The position numbers and the translations under genes are program-made. A stretch of 64,000 bases of DNA from contig NW_026250425.1 of NCBI RefSeq assembly GCF_024521635.1, forward strand, positions 124,001 to 188,000, given 5' to 3'. Source of the stretch: Tricharina praecox. Its lineage: Eukaryota. Below the pieces are notes generated by a model. It ran no database searches, was not told the DNA's origin, and saw nothing but the letters and a program-made list of their open reading frames with translations. Numbering within the stretch: position 1 is the first letter of the stretch; every line of letters starts with the position of its first letter. Positions 23,125-35,890 of the stretch are shown piece after piece.

Positions 23125-26100
23125 GTGTTTGGCAGTGTTGTGTCGTGTTGAGAACTGAGGATGTCATGCGATGACGACAATGCCTAACTTTGACTTTCGC
23201 TTTCGTCCTGCCGTGCCGTCGCTACCGGCCGGAGTTTGAGCTTGAGTGTCAGCGGTGATTCACGTGACTCCCGGAGGATGCACCACGACTACATACTACC
23301 ACTGCTCGAATCTGTCCATGCCTGCCATGCCGCCGGCATCACCGACCATCAAGTTCTTTGTAGTTACTCTGAAGTCTCGGTAGAAAGGCGGGATGTTGCC
23401 GGAAACGTCCCAGACCAAAGCCAACTCCCGGAGTCTGCAATCCAACGATCCACCGTTCTAACTATTCACCGTTCTCGTCAGGTGCAGCACTTAAGCCCGG
23501 GCTCCAATCCTCGGCCCGTGACGACATCGCACAGCACTCTCGGGGGAGAGAATCGCGGTAAGATGAAAAACAAGTGAGGGTGAGACCGGCTGAAGGCAGG
23601 GAAAGACCTGGTGAGATATGTCCGGAAAAGAAGCTTCGTGAGGGGAGCAGAGATTCAAAGAGGAATCGTAGCATTTACGGATTGAAAAAGATCACGGACG
23701 CCGAGTCCACCCCACTGTGCGGCAGACATGCATGGCCCAAGATCGTGCCCTCCATCGAGCTGCTCATCTCATCTGCACTACCAGTTCCTCTCTCTGTGCC
23801 TCCGTCCATCTGGGTGACAAGGCTGCTAGCCCGTGCCATGTGCCATGTGATGCCGCTGCAGCCTGCAGGACCCGAAGAGTCTTTTACTATTCTACATAGC
23901 CCACACCCGTCCCCCACACCCCGCAAGTGACGGGAAGCTGCACTGTGCCGTCATGCCATTGCCCATCACTTACCGAAGTAAAGAATTACCGGTACCCACC
24001 ACCGGGTAGATATGTGTAAAGTCGAGTACATTCACCCAACCCGAACCAATGGGCAATGGGAAATGGCCAATGACCAGCGCCAACCGCACCCGCACCCGCA
24101 ACAGCGTGCCAATCAGATCCGAGCTAGATGCTGCACCTGCACCGAAGCTTCCACAGCTGCTAGCACTCCCGAGTCCCGCCGCGGGGTGCTACACTTACGT
24201 ACGTACGGCAATGACCACGGCTACGGTAGCCCGGTGGTAGCACCAGTGCACCACTCGATCCAATCCGACCTCGCTTTCGTTGGCTGGAGCCTAGAGCCTA
24301 GAGTCCGGTGCAGACTGGTCACTGCAGAGATCATTGCCGAGGATCGCCCCGGTACTTTGGAGCGCGGGAACACCCGACTGTGCTGCGATTACCTAACCCC
24401 CGCGGCGGCAGAGGTGCGTTTGCGTGGCATTACTAATAGTACTCCGGGTACATTCCGTTCTCGTCTTTCCGTTCTTGACTTTGCGTCTTTGCGTCTTTGC
24501 GTCTTTGCGTCGTCGGGTGACTTGCGTCCACTGTCCGTCTGTCCGTCTGCCCGCCGGTCTTCCCGCCGGTCTGTCTGTTGTCTGTCGTCTGGCTGGTTGG
24601 CTGCAGTCTGCCTACCGTTGCGACTTATCGGGAGTACTGGTAGGCCGAGATGACTACTCTAGGTATCCGTCGATCGCCGCGGAGGCCCTATACCGGGGAT
24701 CTGGGGATGGGATCACTGTTGTGTTCATGGTGGTGGGGCAGTGTAGCCTGCCTTATGGCTACCACCGCACACGGCATCCATGACATCTACAAGATCGAGA
24801 TCGAGCTTGAATTGGAGATGCTCAGAACTGCTCAGCGCTGCCCAGCATTGTCCCGGCCGTGCATCTGGGTGCATCCGGAGGGAGGATGAGCGCAGTGAGG
24901 GCGGGCGATCATGTGGCACGGGACTGGCAGACTCGAGGGAGACTCGAGGGAGGAAGGGAAGGTCGGGGTAGATCATCCAGCGGGTTGGCGATGGACGGAT
25001 AATCACTGATACCACCGGTATGTAGGTGTCAAACTTTGGTCGCCCGGAGATCTCAGTTAAGGTTTGGCGGTGGAAGAGTCTCGACGGCGGCCAGGCGAAC
25101 TCTGATGAGCGGGCCCGGCGAAGTCTGATGAGCGGCCAACTCTGTTCGGCGGCCAACTTTAGGTGGCCTCCCAGTCATAAATAGAGGTCTTCGCCGTGGA
25201 CGATAGGTTCTTTTTCTGCATCGAATAGAATATCATCATCTGTTCACGCATATACTTCAACAGTAGGTAACTATTCGTATGTAACTATGCGTATGGAGGT
25301 ATTTATGGTACACCGAGTGATAACCCGTGAGGAACCCAGACATCTGTGCTTGCGGCCACCTGATTCCGGCACGTTCTGTCGGTCGGTGGTCGGACTCTGT
25401 CTCTCCTGCTGCCACTGCCACTGCCGGTAAGCGGCAGCAGGTAGGTATCCAAGACTCGAGACGGACGGGATGTCGTCTTTGTGTTTCAACTTTCCAGTCA
25501 GTGTTCTAACTTCTGGGCACTTTTGCGGTTGATTACCTACTAGGTATACCGTGGGTTCGAATCGAGCTTGAGCTTGAGCGCAGGCCCGTTCATTAGCAGT
25601 GGAGGAGCCGTTGAGACTGATAAAGTCGTCGTTGAGTGCCTATGCAGAAATTGGTGGACATCTCCGACACGAGTCGTGAGAATGGACCCGACAGCTATCT
25701 AATCGATCGCATCTGAGCCCAACCAGGTACTGGTCCTCTGGAGGTCACTACTCCTCCACGGCCGTTCCCCAGCTCCCAGCTCTCCACCAAAACACGACTG
25801 TATCTACCCTACCTACTCTACTCCAGATGTGTACATCAAAGCATGTACATACAGTCCTCTCAATCATCTGCACCCCACCAACCCTCCCAAGACTTGCCAC
25901 ATATTCTCGCCACCGGCCAGCACACTTCCAGACCTCAAGTTTTTTCTTTCCCAAAAAGAAAACTTCCCGGTTGTGCCTGCATCAGGATACTCGCTCGCGT
26001 CCGCTTCGTCAGTTCCGCTTCGTTCGCATTGTTCGTCCACATGGCGCGGCGCGGCGAGTAGTCTGGGTGGGGTGGTGCCGGCTGCACATGGCGTTAACGA

Positions 26101-27019
26101 TTAGTCCCCTGCTGTGCTGCATCATGCACGCAACGCCTTGAAAGAATTTGTCCGGTGCGGATGCGGGCGAGGGTGCGTTTCGTGGGGAAAACTGGATGGA
26201 TTGGACTCTGGACTCTGGATGGCAGTGGAATGGAGTTGGAGTTGAATATGAAAAAGTCGAAGGGGTACGTAAGAAGGGGGACGTAGGAGGAGTACGTATG
26301 ATACATAGAAGGCGGAAGGAGAAAGAAGAGGAAGAAGGAGAAGAAGAGAGGATCGCAGAGGGGTTTTTACGTAAGAATAAAGTACTGGTACTCTGTGGTA
26401 TCATGTGCTCGCTGCGGATGGGAGCGAACCCGCGAGCGTTTGTTTGTCTGTCAGGGCATGGAGGCGGGCAGTATGAGCGCACACCTTTGTACTTACATAA
26501 GTTGGTTGCAAGGCCGCATGAAAGTTCACGTTTTGAGTTTCGTGCTTTGTGCTTCACGCTCCCCTTCGGAGTTGGAACATCCGTAGAGTTGCTCGAACCT
26601 GCTGCGGAGAAAGCTCTCCGCAAACCAGTCTACCGGTGCTGGGTACCTGTGTACCTTGATCCAGGCACCAGGAGTCATGTATGTAGCACTGGCGGGAAGG
26701 GAGCGCAGCGGCAACCACCCTCCCTCTCTTTTGCAGAATCTGGGGTACTTGTCGCTCTAGGGTACACTACCGGTAGAAACTCTACATGGCGTAATGCGGG
26801 GAGGGTCAGGACGACCCAAGCGTTGAGTGCGGCGCGCGGTGGGCCGCTTGGTGGGCCTCTTCTTACTAGAGTAAGTCGAAAGCTGAGACAGCCGTGCTGA
26901 GCTGAGCTCGGCAAGCCGAAGAGAAGAGAAGGTCAACGTTGGAACGATGGGGCGTATGGTGACATCGACCTGCCGTTAGAGGATGTTGAATCGAAGAGAG
27001 GAAGAGAAGAAGAGGGTGT

Positions 27020-27200
27020 TATTTTTTACGTTTCTGTTTTTATTTTTTCCTGTTTTTCCGTTCTATTTTTTTTATTTTTCATGTTTTCCGTTTTATTTTT
27101 CTGTTTTTCTGTTCTATTTTTTCTATTTTTCATGTTTTCCGTTTTGTTTTTCTGTTTTTCTGTTCTGTTTCTTTATTTTTCGTGTTTTACGTTTTATTTT
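27020..27200 (+). repeat. T-rich degenerate tandem repeat, about 51-bp unit x3-3.5
   Basis: CTGTTTTTCCGTTCTATTTTTTTTATTTTTCATGTTTTCCGTTTTATTTTT-like units start at about 27050, 27101 and 27152. Confidence 0.8.
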
Positions 27201-29200
27201 CCCCGTGCTCAATCGATCAAACTGGAGACTCGAGAGTTTGGAGCAGTGGAAGGAGAGATCTGAGAAGGCGGCTAGCATCGGATGCGGCTCCAGCATGCAG
27301 ACAGAGACAGATCGACCGACAGACAGACAAACAGACAGACAAAAGACCCGACAGCTTCCTTCCTTCGTTCTCGAAGTTTGCGTGCGTGCGTGCATGCTGT
27401 CCTGCCCTGTCCTGTCAGGAACAAAACAGAACAGATGGCCCACACCCACATCCTGACGATTCGAGAAGCTCGGTCGCTACTTACCGACCTCCTTACTACG
27501 GAGAACAGTTTTCCTGATATGTTGCAGTTGCAGTCAGTTTGCACTCCGGCGCTTCGTAAACTCAGAAGCGATTTCCTTGTCCGTGTCCGTGCCCACTGCC
27601 AGGCTCGGTCAGGTGAGAGACTACAATAATAACAAAAAACGATGGCGAACGAATGACGAACGAATGGCGAGCAATTTCGTGTGGGATCTGGGTGGCTAAG
27701 CAGGTAGGTGGAGTAGAGTAGCGAAGCGGGCGGGGCGGGGCGGGGCAGGGCAGTCCAGGGCCGGCAGGGCAGGGCAGAAAGTCACGAGCCGTAAGCTTAG
27801 AGCTGCCGAATGCGTGAGTGCAGGCTGGCAGCGGATCATCATCTACGCAACGAAGGAGCATATGCAAGTAAAAGTGTGTATGTAGAATCTTAGATGCCCT
27901 TGCCGTTGTTCTACTGCAGAGGTCTGGGGAACTGTTACTATACGCGGGCGGCAAGATGCCTTCCAGTTTACTCTATGCTCTACCGAGAACCGACCGCCGG
28001 TTCCTCGTCGTCGTCGTCTTCTTCCCCGCAATGCGCCGTTTCGACGGACCCGATATTGCCATGGCAGGGCATGGCATAGCATGGCATGGGGGAAGATCTG
28101 CCCTGCTCAGTGCTGAGGCATTTTTTCTTTTTTCTTCTCATCAATTTTTTTTCCTTTCCTTTTTTCCTTTTTTCAACTTGTTACTCTATGTCAATCAACC
28201 GTGAACGTGAAAAGGTAAATTAAGTGTGCGTTCAGTAGGAAGAAGGGAAAAAACCCTCGATATATCGATGATGACGATGAGCATGGTCGATGGCCGATGA
28301 CGGATGCACAACGGCAACGGTTGATGCTCCAGAGTAGAGTAGAGTAGATGTGCCGGCCAGAGATCTCAGGAGCAGGCAGGCAGGCAAAGTTTAATCGAAG
28401 GGCGAGCGAGCATACGGAGCTTCATGCACCGGGAGGACATCACGCGCTAGTTACTACTGGCTGGCCTTGCCCTTTGACGACTATGATGTTGTTGTGATTA
28501 TTGTTGCTGACTCGACTGTTGAGAGAGGCCCCAATGTACGGTGGGACCCTACATAGAGTGTTCAATTCGATCCCGGCTGGCATCGTGAGATCTGGAGCGA
28601 TGATGCTCGCGAGCTCGCTCGCTTTTGGCCAAGGACATGGTCCGTATACTGGTGATACATACCTTGTGCCGGCCAATCGTACACACCACATGGGTGGGTG
28701 AATGGGTGGATGGTGAGTAATGAACGTGCCTACTGGCAGTGGCGGCGCGATGTAGGAACAGCAGCACGGCGGCGGAGAGGGACGACGAGACGAGACCAAT
28801 GTGGTGGTGATGATGGTGGACGTGTGCATCGTGCGCATCCTTGTGGGGCACGCAAGCACACGGCAGAGCCAAGTGAGCAGCGGCAACGGGGTGGGAGATC
28901 TGGTCTTCGAATCAATCTAGCAATTACCTCATCGCAAGGGGGAGAAAAAATCCAGTACGGGTATCATCACTTCTTGTTCAGGCGCAAGAAAAAAAGAAAA
29001 AAGAAATTCCCACTCATAAAAAAACCTCAAGCAACCCTCCGGTGTGGAGGGTACACACATCTGTCTGCCTCCCACCTCGAGCTTTGCATCCTCTCACTTA
29101 CCTTACCTTCCATCCGAGACCAACACGGACGTGCTTCGACACCGACTGACAACAACCGGACAACACCTCCCGAACCCCAAATCCTATCACAACAAACCTC

Positions 29201-29320
29201 TCTTGCTCGCTCTACTCTTGCTCGCTCTACTCTTGCTCGCTCTACTCTTGCTCGCTCTACTCTTGCTCGCTCTACTCTTGCTCGCTCTACTCTTGCTCGC
29301 TCTACTCTTGCTCACTCTTG
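29201..29320 (+). repeat. 15-bp minisatellite TCTTGCTCGCTCTAC x7 perfect plus partial copy, in the GDH2 promoter
   Basis: Seven exact copies 29201-29305. Confidence 0.97.
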
Positions 29321-29365
29321 TTTGCCCCTCCACCGCTCCTCCCCACCTCCCCTCCCCTCCCCACG

Positions 29366-29373
29366 TATATAAA
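29366..29373 (+). promoter_or_regulatory. TATA box (TATATAAA) upstream of GDH2
   Basis: Followed by a CT-rich tract and a probable 5'-UTR intron (GTAAGT 29547 .. GCTGAC .. AAG 29930). Confidence 0.6.
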
Positions 29374-29963
29374 TTCCCCTCCCCCCACCCGCATCGTTCT
29401 CCTCCCCTCCTCGCCCGCTCTTGTCATCGTACCTCCTCCCTACGAAGACAACCTTCATCCTCCGCCTTCCATCCCTCCCATCAATCACTCCTGGGTTGGT
29501 TGCATCAATACCCTAGCTCCATCAAGCTCACATCTCTTTGTCAACAGTAAGTCTTCCAGTTGCCCTTCTCTTGGTTTCAGATTGCCCTGGGCTCTCGCAT
29601 CGATCTACCCAACACTACTTGAGATCGTGCAACCCGTTCTCTATTGTCCGGAACGATGCGAAGACTTGTGGGGCCCTGTCTCTATGCGTCTACAGAGCTG
29701 GTCGAGGTTGCCGCAGAGGTTAGAGCGACTGACAGCTCATCCCTGCTGGTTGTCAGCACCTGGGAGAGCTCTCTGCTAGCTCCACCCTCTACCCTAGAGC
29801 TCAGGTGTCCTGAGACTTTCACCTTATATACCCTCTTCCACTTCCCTTCGTCCCATCAACTACCTTTTCCATCTCCAACGCCTCATCCGAACTCAATTGG
29901 GCTGACTGAAATCCCTTGCAACGAAAAAAGATTCTTTCTACAATTCCACCCTTTACCGAAACC

Positions 29964-32900
29964 ATGACGCCGTCCATCAATGGCAAGATCGATGAAACCG
30001 TCGTCGTCCCCGATGGTACTAGCCAGAAAATCCGTCGGGAGGATGCTACAGGTTACATCGCACCGGCGTTCGAGGGCAAGGAAGAACAGATGACAATGGG
30101 TTAATAAACGTCTATCTCCTCCTAATGGGAGTACTGGCTGACCGGGGTTGATCGATCGCAGTAATGGATCTGTTGGAGGAGAAGGGTTTCGTCCCTGAAG
30201 AGTTCATCGATTCAGAAACCTCGTGGTTTTATAACTCGTTGGGAATTGATGGTATGTGTGCTCGCTAGGATGATCTGCATTGACTGGCGCTGACTGGCGC
30301 AGACATGTACTTCAAGCACGAAACAGCAGAGGCCATTACCAACCACGTCCTCTCGTTGTACGCTGGAAAGATTGAGGCGTTTGCTCGCGCAGACAATCGC
30401 CTGACGATCCGTCTGGATAGAGAGCATGAGGGTATGTCGAATTCCGTTGTCTTGCTTGTACCACCCCTCCCCCGACCGGACGCTGACAGCTCATCCAGAC
30501 CACGCGGTCTACATCGATACTTCTACCCCCGGTGTCTCGGTGCTCCAGGGCCCGCAGTACGAACAGCGGATCGATGAGAAATACCTCAACGTATCGAATC
30601 CGGAGAAGGCGTACCGTGTCGAGACGTTCAGGTCATCGTCCCCGCTGGTGAGCGGTTCCGACACAGACGAGCGCCTGCGTTGTTACTTCGTCTATCAGTG
30701 CGACTTCGTGAACCCTACGCCCGACAAGGAAGAGACGGACCTGGCGGTTGTGTCGGACAAGATCTTCCTCCAGAAGGTCACGCCCAATACCAAGAAAATT
30801 TACCAGGACATCGTGACGGCCGTGATCGAGCGACGGACCGGACCGGTGATCAAGGTATTCGAGATCGAGAACACCCCCGAGAAGCGGCTTGTCATAGGAT
30901 ACAAGCAAGGTAGCACTATGGGCCTGTTCTCGGCATTGAGTGATCTCTACCATTACTACGGATGCACGTCGGCCCGCAAGTACGTCGAGCAGTTCTCGAA
31001 CGGGGTCACCGTCATGTCCATGTACCTTCGACCTCTCCCCGGCTCGCAGGCTCGCCACGCAAGACACCCGCCCATCGAAGACTCGATCCAGCAGATCATG
31101 AAGGAGGTCAGCTTGCTGTACTGCATCCCGCAGAATAAATTCCAACACCACTTCATCCGTGGTCAGTTGAGTCTTCAGGAGACCATGTACGCTCACTGCG
31201 TCTCCCTCTTTGTTAGCCACTTTCTCAATAGGCTCGGCTCCGAGTACGCTGAGCTATCGAAGCTGCTGGACAACAACAACAGCTCGCACGCCGAGATACT
31301 GTCCACCATGAAGCGTCGTCTCCGTCAGGAGACCTTCACGGCCGATTACATTTACGACGTGATAAACGACCACCCGGATCTCATCTGCTCCTTGTACCTA
31401 TCATTCGCCAATACGCACTATGTGCAGGTGAAGGGCGAGAATGATAATTTCCTGCCTACGCTGAGCTACCAGCGCATCCGGATGGGTCGGATCCTGAACA
31501 ATGAAGAACTGAAGGAGAAGATTGATTCTGCTGTCGCCAACGAAAATCAGCAAAAAATCATGTATCAGTTTATAACGTTTAACTCACACGTGTTGAAGAC
31601 TAACTTCTACACGCCCACCAAGATGGCTCTCAGTTTCCGCATGAGTCCTGGATTCTTGCCCGTCGGCGAGTACCCCCAGCCTCTCTTTGGAATGTTCATG
31701 GTTGTCGGATCCGAGTTCCGCGGTTTCCATCTGCGCTTCAGGGACATCGCCCGTGGAGGAATCCGTCTCGTCCACAGCAGGAACAAGGAGCACTGGTCCA
31801 TCAACGCGCGCTCTGTCTTCGACGAGAACTACAACCTTGCGAACACTCAGCAGCGCAAGAACAAGGACATCCCCGAGGGCGGCAGCAAGGGTGTCATCCT
31901 TCTCGATCCCGAGCACCAGGACAAGCCCAAAGTCGCTTTCCAGAAGTACATCGACTCGATCCTCGATCTTTTACTTCCTCCTCGCAGCCCCGGTATCAAG
32001 GATCCCATCGTCGATCTTCATGCCCAGCCCGAGATCCTTTTCATGGGTCCCGACGAGGGTACGGCTGGACTGGTTGACTGGGCGACGGAGCACGCAAAGG
32101 CTCGTGGCGCTCCCTGGTGGAAGTCGTTCTTCACTGGCAAGAGCACCAAGTTGGGAGGCATTCCCCACGATGAGTACGGAATGACCACTCTGAGTGTCCG
32201 AGAATACGTCAATGGCATCTATAGGAAGTTGAACATTGACCCCTCGAAGGTCCGCAAGCTTCAGACTGGTGGTCCAGATGGCGATTTGGGATCCAACGAG
32301 ATCTTGTTGAGTAACGAGATGTACATTGCTATCGGTATGTTTTTCTCTCCCTCCGCTCGGTTTGATATTGTTTACTGATGATTTGTTTTTGCAGTTGACG
32401 GATCCGGTGTCATCGTTGACACGCAAGGTCTCGACAGGGAGGAGCTTGTGCGTCTGGCGAAGGCCAGAAAAACCATCTCGAGCTTTGACGATACCAAGCT
32501 GTCCGCCGAGGGTTACCGTGTTCTCGTCGAGGACAACAACATCAAGCTTCCCAACGGCGAGATGGTCACCAATGGTACGATCTTCCGGAACACCTTCCAC
32601 CTCCGTACCGATATCAAGTACGACATCATGGTTCCCTGCGGAGGACGGCCCGAGGCCATTGATCTTAACAAGGTTGGATGTCTGGTTAAGAACGGCGAGA
32701 CCACGATTCCGTACATCGTCGAGGGTGCCAACCTGTTCATTACCCAGGAGGCCAAGCTGTACCTCGAGAAGGCTGGCTGCATTCTGTACAAGGATGCCAG
32801 CGCCAACAAGGGAGGTGTGACCAGTTCATCCCTCGAGGTCCTCGCTTCCTTGGCCTTTGACGAGCAGGGCTTCGCCGAGCACATGTGCGTTAGCGACGCC

Positions 32901-33370
32901 GGTCTCCCCGAGTTCTACAAGGAGTACGTCAAGTCGGTCCAGGCAACCATTCAGAACAATGCGCGTTTAGAGTTCGAGGCGATCTGGCGCGAACACGAGC
33001 AGACTGCGAAGCCCCGCTCGCTGATTTCAGACGAGCTCTCCGTAGCCATCACCAAGCTCGATGAGGAGCTCCAGAAGACTGATCTGTGGAATAACGTGCC
33101 GCTGCGGACCAGCATCCTTGAGGATGCGCTGCCCCACCTGCTGGTCAAGCAAATTGGCTTGGATACCATCCTCGAGAGGGTGCCGGCCAACTACCTGAAG
33201 GCAATCTTCGGAAGCTATCTGGCTTCCAGGTTTGTTTATGAGTACGGCTCGAGTCCTAGCCAGTTCTCCTTCTTTGATTTGTATGTTCCCCTTCTCCGAT
33301 CCCATCATGAGTACACGTGCTAACGAGTGACTACAGCATGTCGAAGAAGCTCAAGACCATTGAGCAGTAG
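29964..33370 (+). CDS. GDH2: NAD-specific glutamate dehydrogenase (large fungal type)
   Basis: GYIAPAFEGKEEQM, WFYNSLGID, FRGFHLRFRDIARGGIRLV, KDIPEGGSKG, TGGPDGDLGSNEI, VEGANLF and DASANKGGVTSSS. Introns include 30100-30161 and 33281-33336; last exon FMSKKLKTIEQ*. Confidence 0.98.
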
Positions 33371-33698
33371 AGCGGTGCCGGCGTACATGATGATTTCCTG
33401 TTGTTCTAAATTTGGGTCTTGCTGGGTATGGATGCGAGGGGGTTTCCGGAGTTTTTTTTCTTTCCATTTTCTATTTCTTTTCCGATGAGTGATGGTGAAG
33501 CGAGGTCTAACTAGGACTAAAAGAGAGATATCATGGGACCTCTGTCATAGATTTCGGTTGTATAATACTTTTAGTTTGCGAAAGAATGGATGGATATGTT
33601 CAAACGTTCTGTAGTGAGCGTGAAGGCATTCGGTGAGAGGCTGTGAGATGGAAAGATGCCACAAGAAAGTCCAATATCAAACACGAGTACCTTCTCAT

Positions 33699-34344
33699 CT
33701 ACTTCCAATCCTCCTTGACCAGATCCGCCGCCCTCTCGGCAAGCGCATACATCCCCGCCTGCAGATGCGCACTCAGAATCAGCGGAGCGTGGACGTCTCG
33801 GTCTTTAGGAAGTACAACAGCATCCCCGCCGGCGCCCCACCCTGGTTCCGCAGCGCTGCCCACACATCGTAGTCCGCCGGCGCCCCCCGCTGGACAAGCT
33901 GGAATATCATCCCGTTGATCGCGCTCCCCCCGCCAACTACCTTACCCTGCCTAGCGGGATCGTGATGTTGCCGTTGCCGTTGACCAGCTGCTCCTGCTCC
34001 TGCGCCACTGACGGTACCTGCCAGTCGTACGCCGTGCCCATACTGTAGTCTTGCCGACATCGCCGGGGACGAGGAACTCCCGCCCGCCGGCGCCTGGGGA
34101 AGGGGAAGGTGGGAAGACTTACAATCCCCCCGCCTCGACGACGAGGACTTGACGACGAGCACACTCCACTCGCCGCTGGGTCCTCGCTGGGGTCTCGCTG
34201 GGTCCTCGCCGCTGGGTCTCGCTGGGTCCTCGCTGATGAGCCGGTTGGCGACGAGGAGGCTCGAAACGCCGCCGTCGATGACAACGATGATACAGTCGTA
34301 GGATTTCCGCAGGATTTACGCAGGCTGGCGGGAGTGCGGATCAT
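33699..34344 (-). pseudogene. GMC oxidoreductase (AA3-type) pseudogene, frameshifted and internally deleted
   Basis: Fragments in different frames: LRKSYDCIIVVIDGGVSSLLVANRLISEDP, GTAYDWQ..VAQ, GKVVGGGSAINGMIF..RGAPADYDVWAAL, LLYFLKTET, then directly the family C-terminus PLILSAHLQAGMYALAERAADLVKEDWK*. Confidence 0.85.
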
Positions 34345-35890
34345 GATGGATGTTGTGAGGGTGATGGCAGGATACGCGTCGTGGTGGACGATTTCCCCGA
34401 GGAGTCGGGGGACGTTCTTATATAGCCGTTATGTATGTAGGAATACCCTGTTCACAGTCCTACGGCATTGTCATATCACATATCAGGTATCATAGGTACT
34501 TAAATACCTACCTGGCAGGCACAACTGTAGGATTATAAGCATCTCGGTTCCAGATATGAAGAATGAATTGGCATTTCGTTCCCTGCAATGGCCTACATAC
34601 AGCGTGGGGGTTAACCCAAAATCCCAACCTTGTAGGAATGTAGGGTGTGTAGGAAGGCGGAGTGATGGTTAGTGACTGGTGATCTTTGGGTATCACTCCA
34701 TGCAGGATTTAAGTCCCGTTGCCTTCCGCCCTACAGAATCACCATCCATGTAGGTAAGAAGAGGTAGGTACTACCCGTGGAGATGGCAGGAAAGGTCGGA
34801 TTTGGACTTCGTGGTCGCCATAGGTAGTCTACCGTAGTTAGGCCGTATGCGACAATAAATTTTACTCTCTGTCTCTGCAACTACAATCGTCAATCCTTAT
34901 TATCGTGGTCTATAGGTCGCAATCTTCATTGCGTATTGACCCTTGGCTTACCTCACCTTACTACAGCCAGCAAGTTGCAACCCCCATTCACACCCACTCT
35001 CACTCCCATTCACTCACTCACTCCCATTCACTCACGCAAAAATTCATCCAGTTTCAGTTCATCCAGCTCAATTCTTCCAGTTCCATTCTCTCGCACAATT
35101 TCCTACTCGACACAAAATAAACGATGCATAATTTCAAAAAACAAGTAAAAAAGTAAAAAAAGTAAAAAACTCCATCATCGCCCAACAAGCAAGCAAACAG
35201 ACAGACACACTCACAAAACAGAACAAACAGCCAATACGAACAGCAGCAGTAGCAGTGGCACATGCACGAAACAACAAGCCAATACGAACAGCAGCAGGAG
35301 CATAATCAGAAGCACAAGCAAAGCAGGAAAGCAGGAAGGCAAAAAAAAACAAGCCCGGCACGCTCCGCGAAGACAGACAGACAGACAGACACCTCCAGCA
35401 GAAAGGTAGCAAAGCAAGCAATAACCAAGGGCCTGGATTTGGATTGGATCTTAATAAGAAAAGGAAGAAAAAAAGGAAAATCCAACAGGGTGGTGTTTAA
35501 GCGGACGGGAATGGCCTCGAGGCTGACGAACGTGACTTTAGGTAGTAGAGTAAAAGTAAAAAGTAGTAATAATAGATGGATGATGGTGGGATGACAAGCG
35601 AAATGGAATGCGAAGAAGGGAAAAAAAAGATAAACAAAACAGGAGGAAAATACTTAAGTAGGCAAGCACGCATGCATGAAACACCAGCAATCAGATCGGT
35701 CAAGCAGTCAGTCAAGCAAGCGGCATCAAATAAAAAAAAACCCCCCCCCCACCCATCCCACCCACTCCGCGCGGTAACTCCACACTCCCATAGATAGAAC
35801 GAACGCAGTAAGACGAAGAAATCAAATCAACGAGAAAGGAAGAGAAAAAAAACGAAGAAAAACCAATGTGTAGATGCCCCCAATCTCATC

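Noticed and set aside
25100..25140. CTGATGAG motifs as a hammerhead ribozyme core
   Set aside because: Followed by GAAG rather than GAAA, and no consistent stems I-III could be built. The CTGATGA/CGAAA pair at about 19447-19477 (minus strand) fails in the same way.
26148..29550. Long ORFs in the NEDD8-GDH2 intergenic region (26148..26900, 26983..27456, 28698..29372, 29044..29550)
   Set aside because: They mostly derive from low-complexity DNA or the 15-bp and 51-bp repeats (e.g. STLAR and LLLAL runs) and have no recognisable domains.
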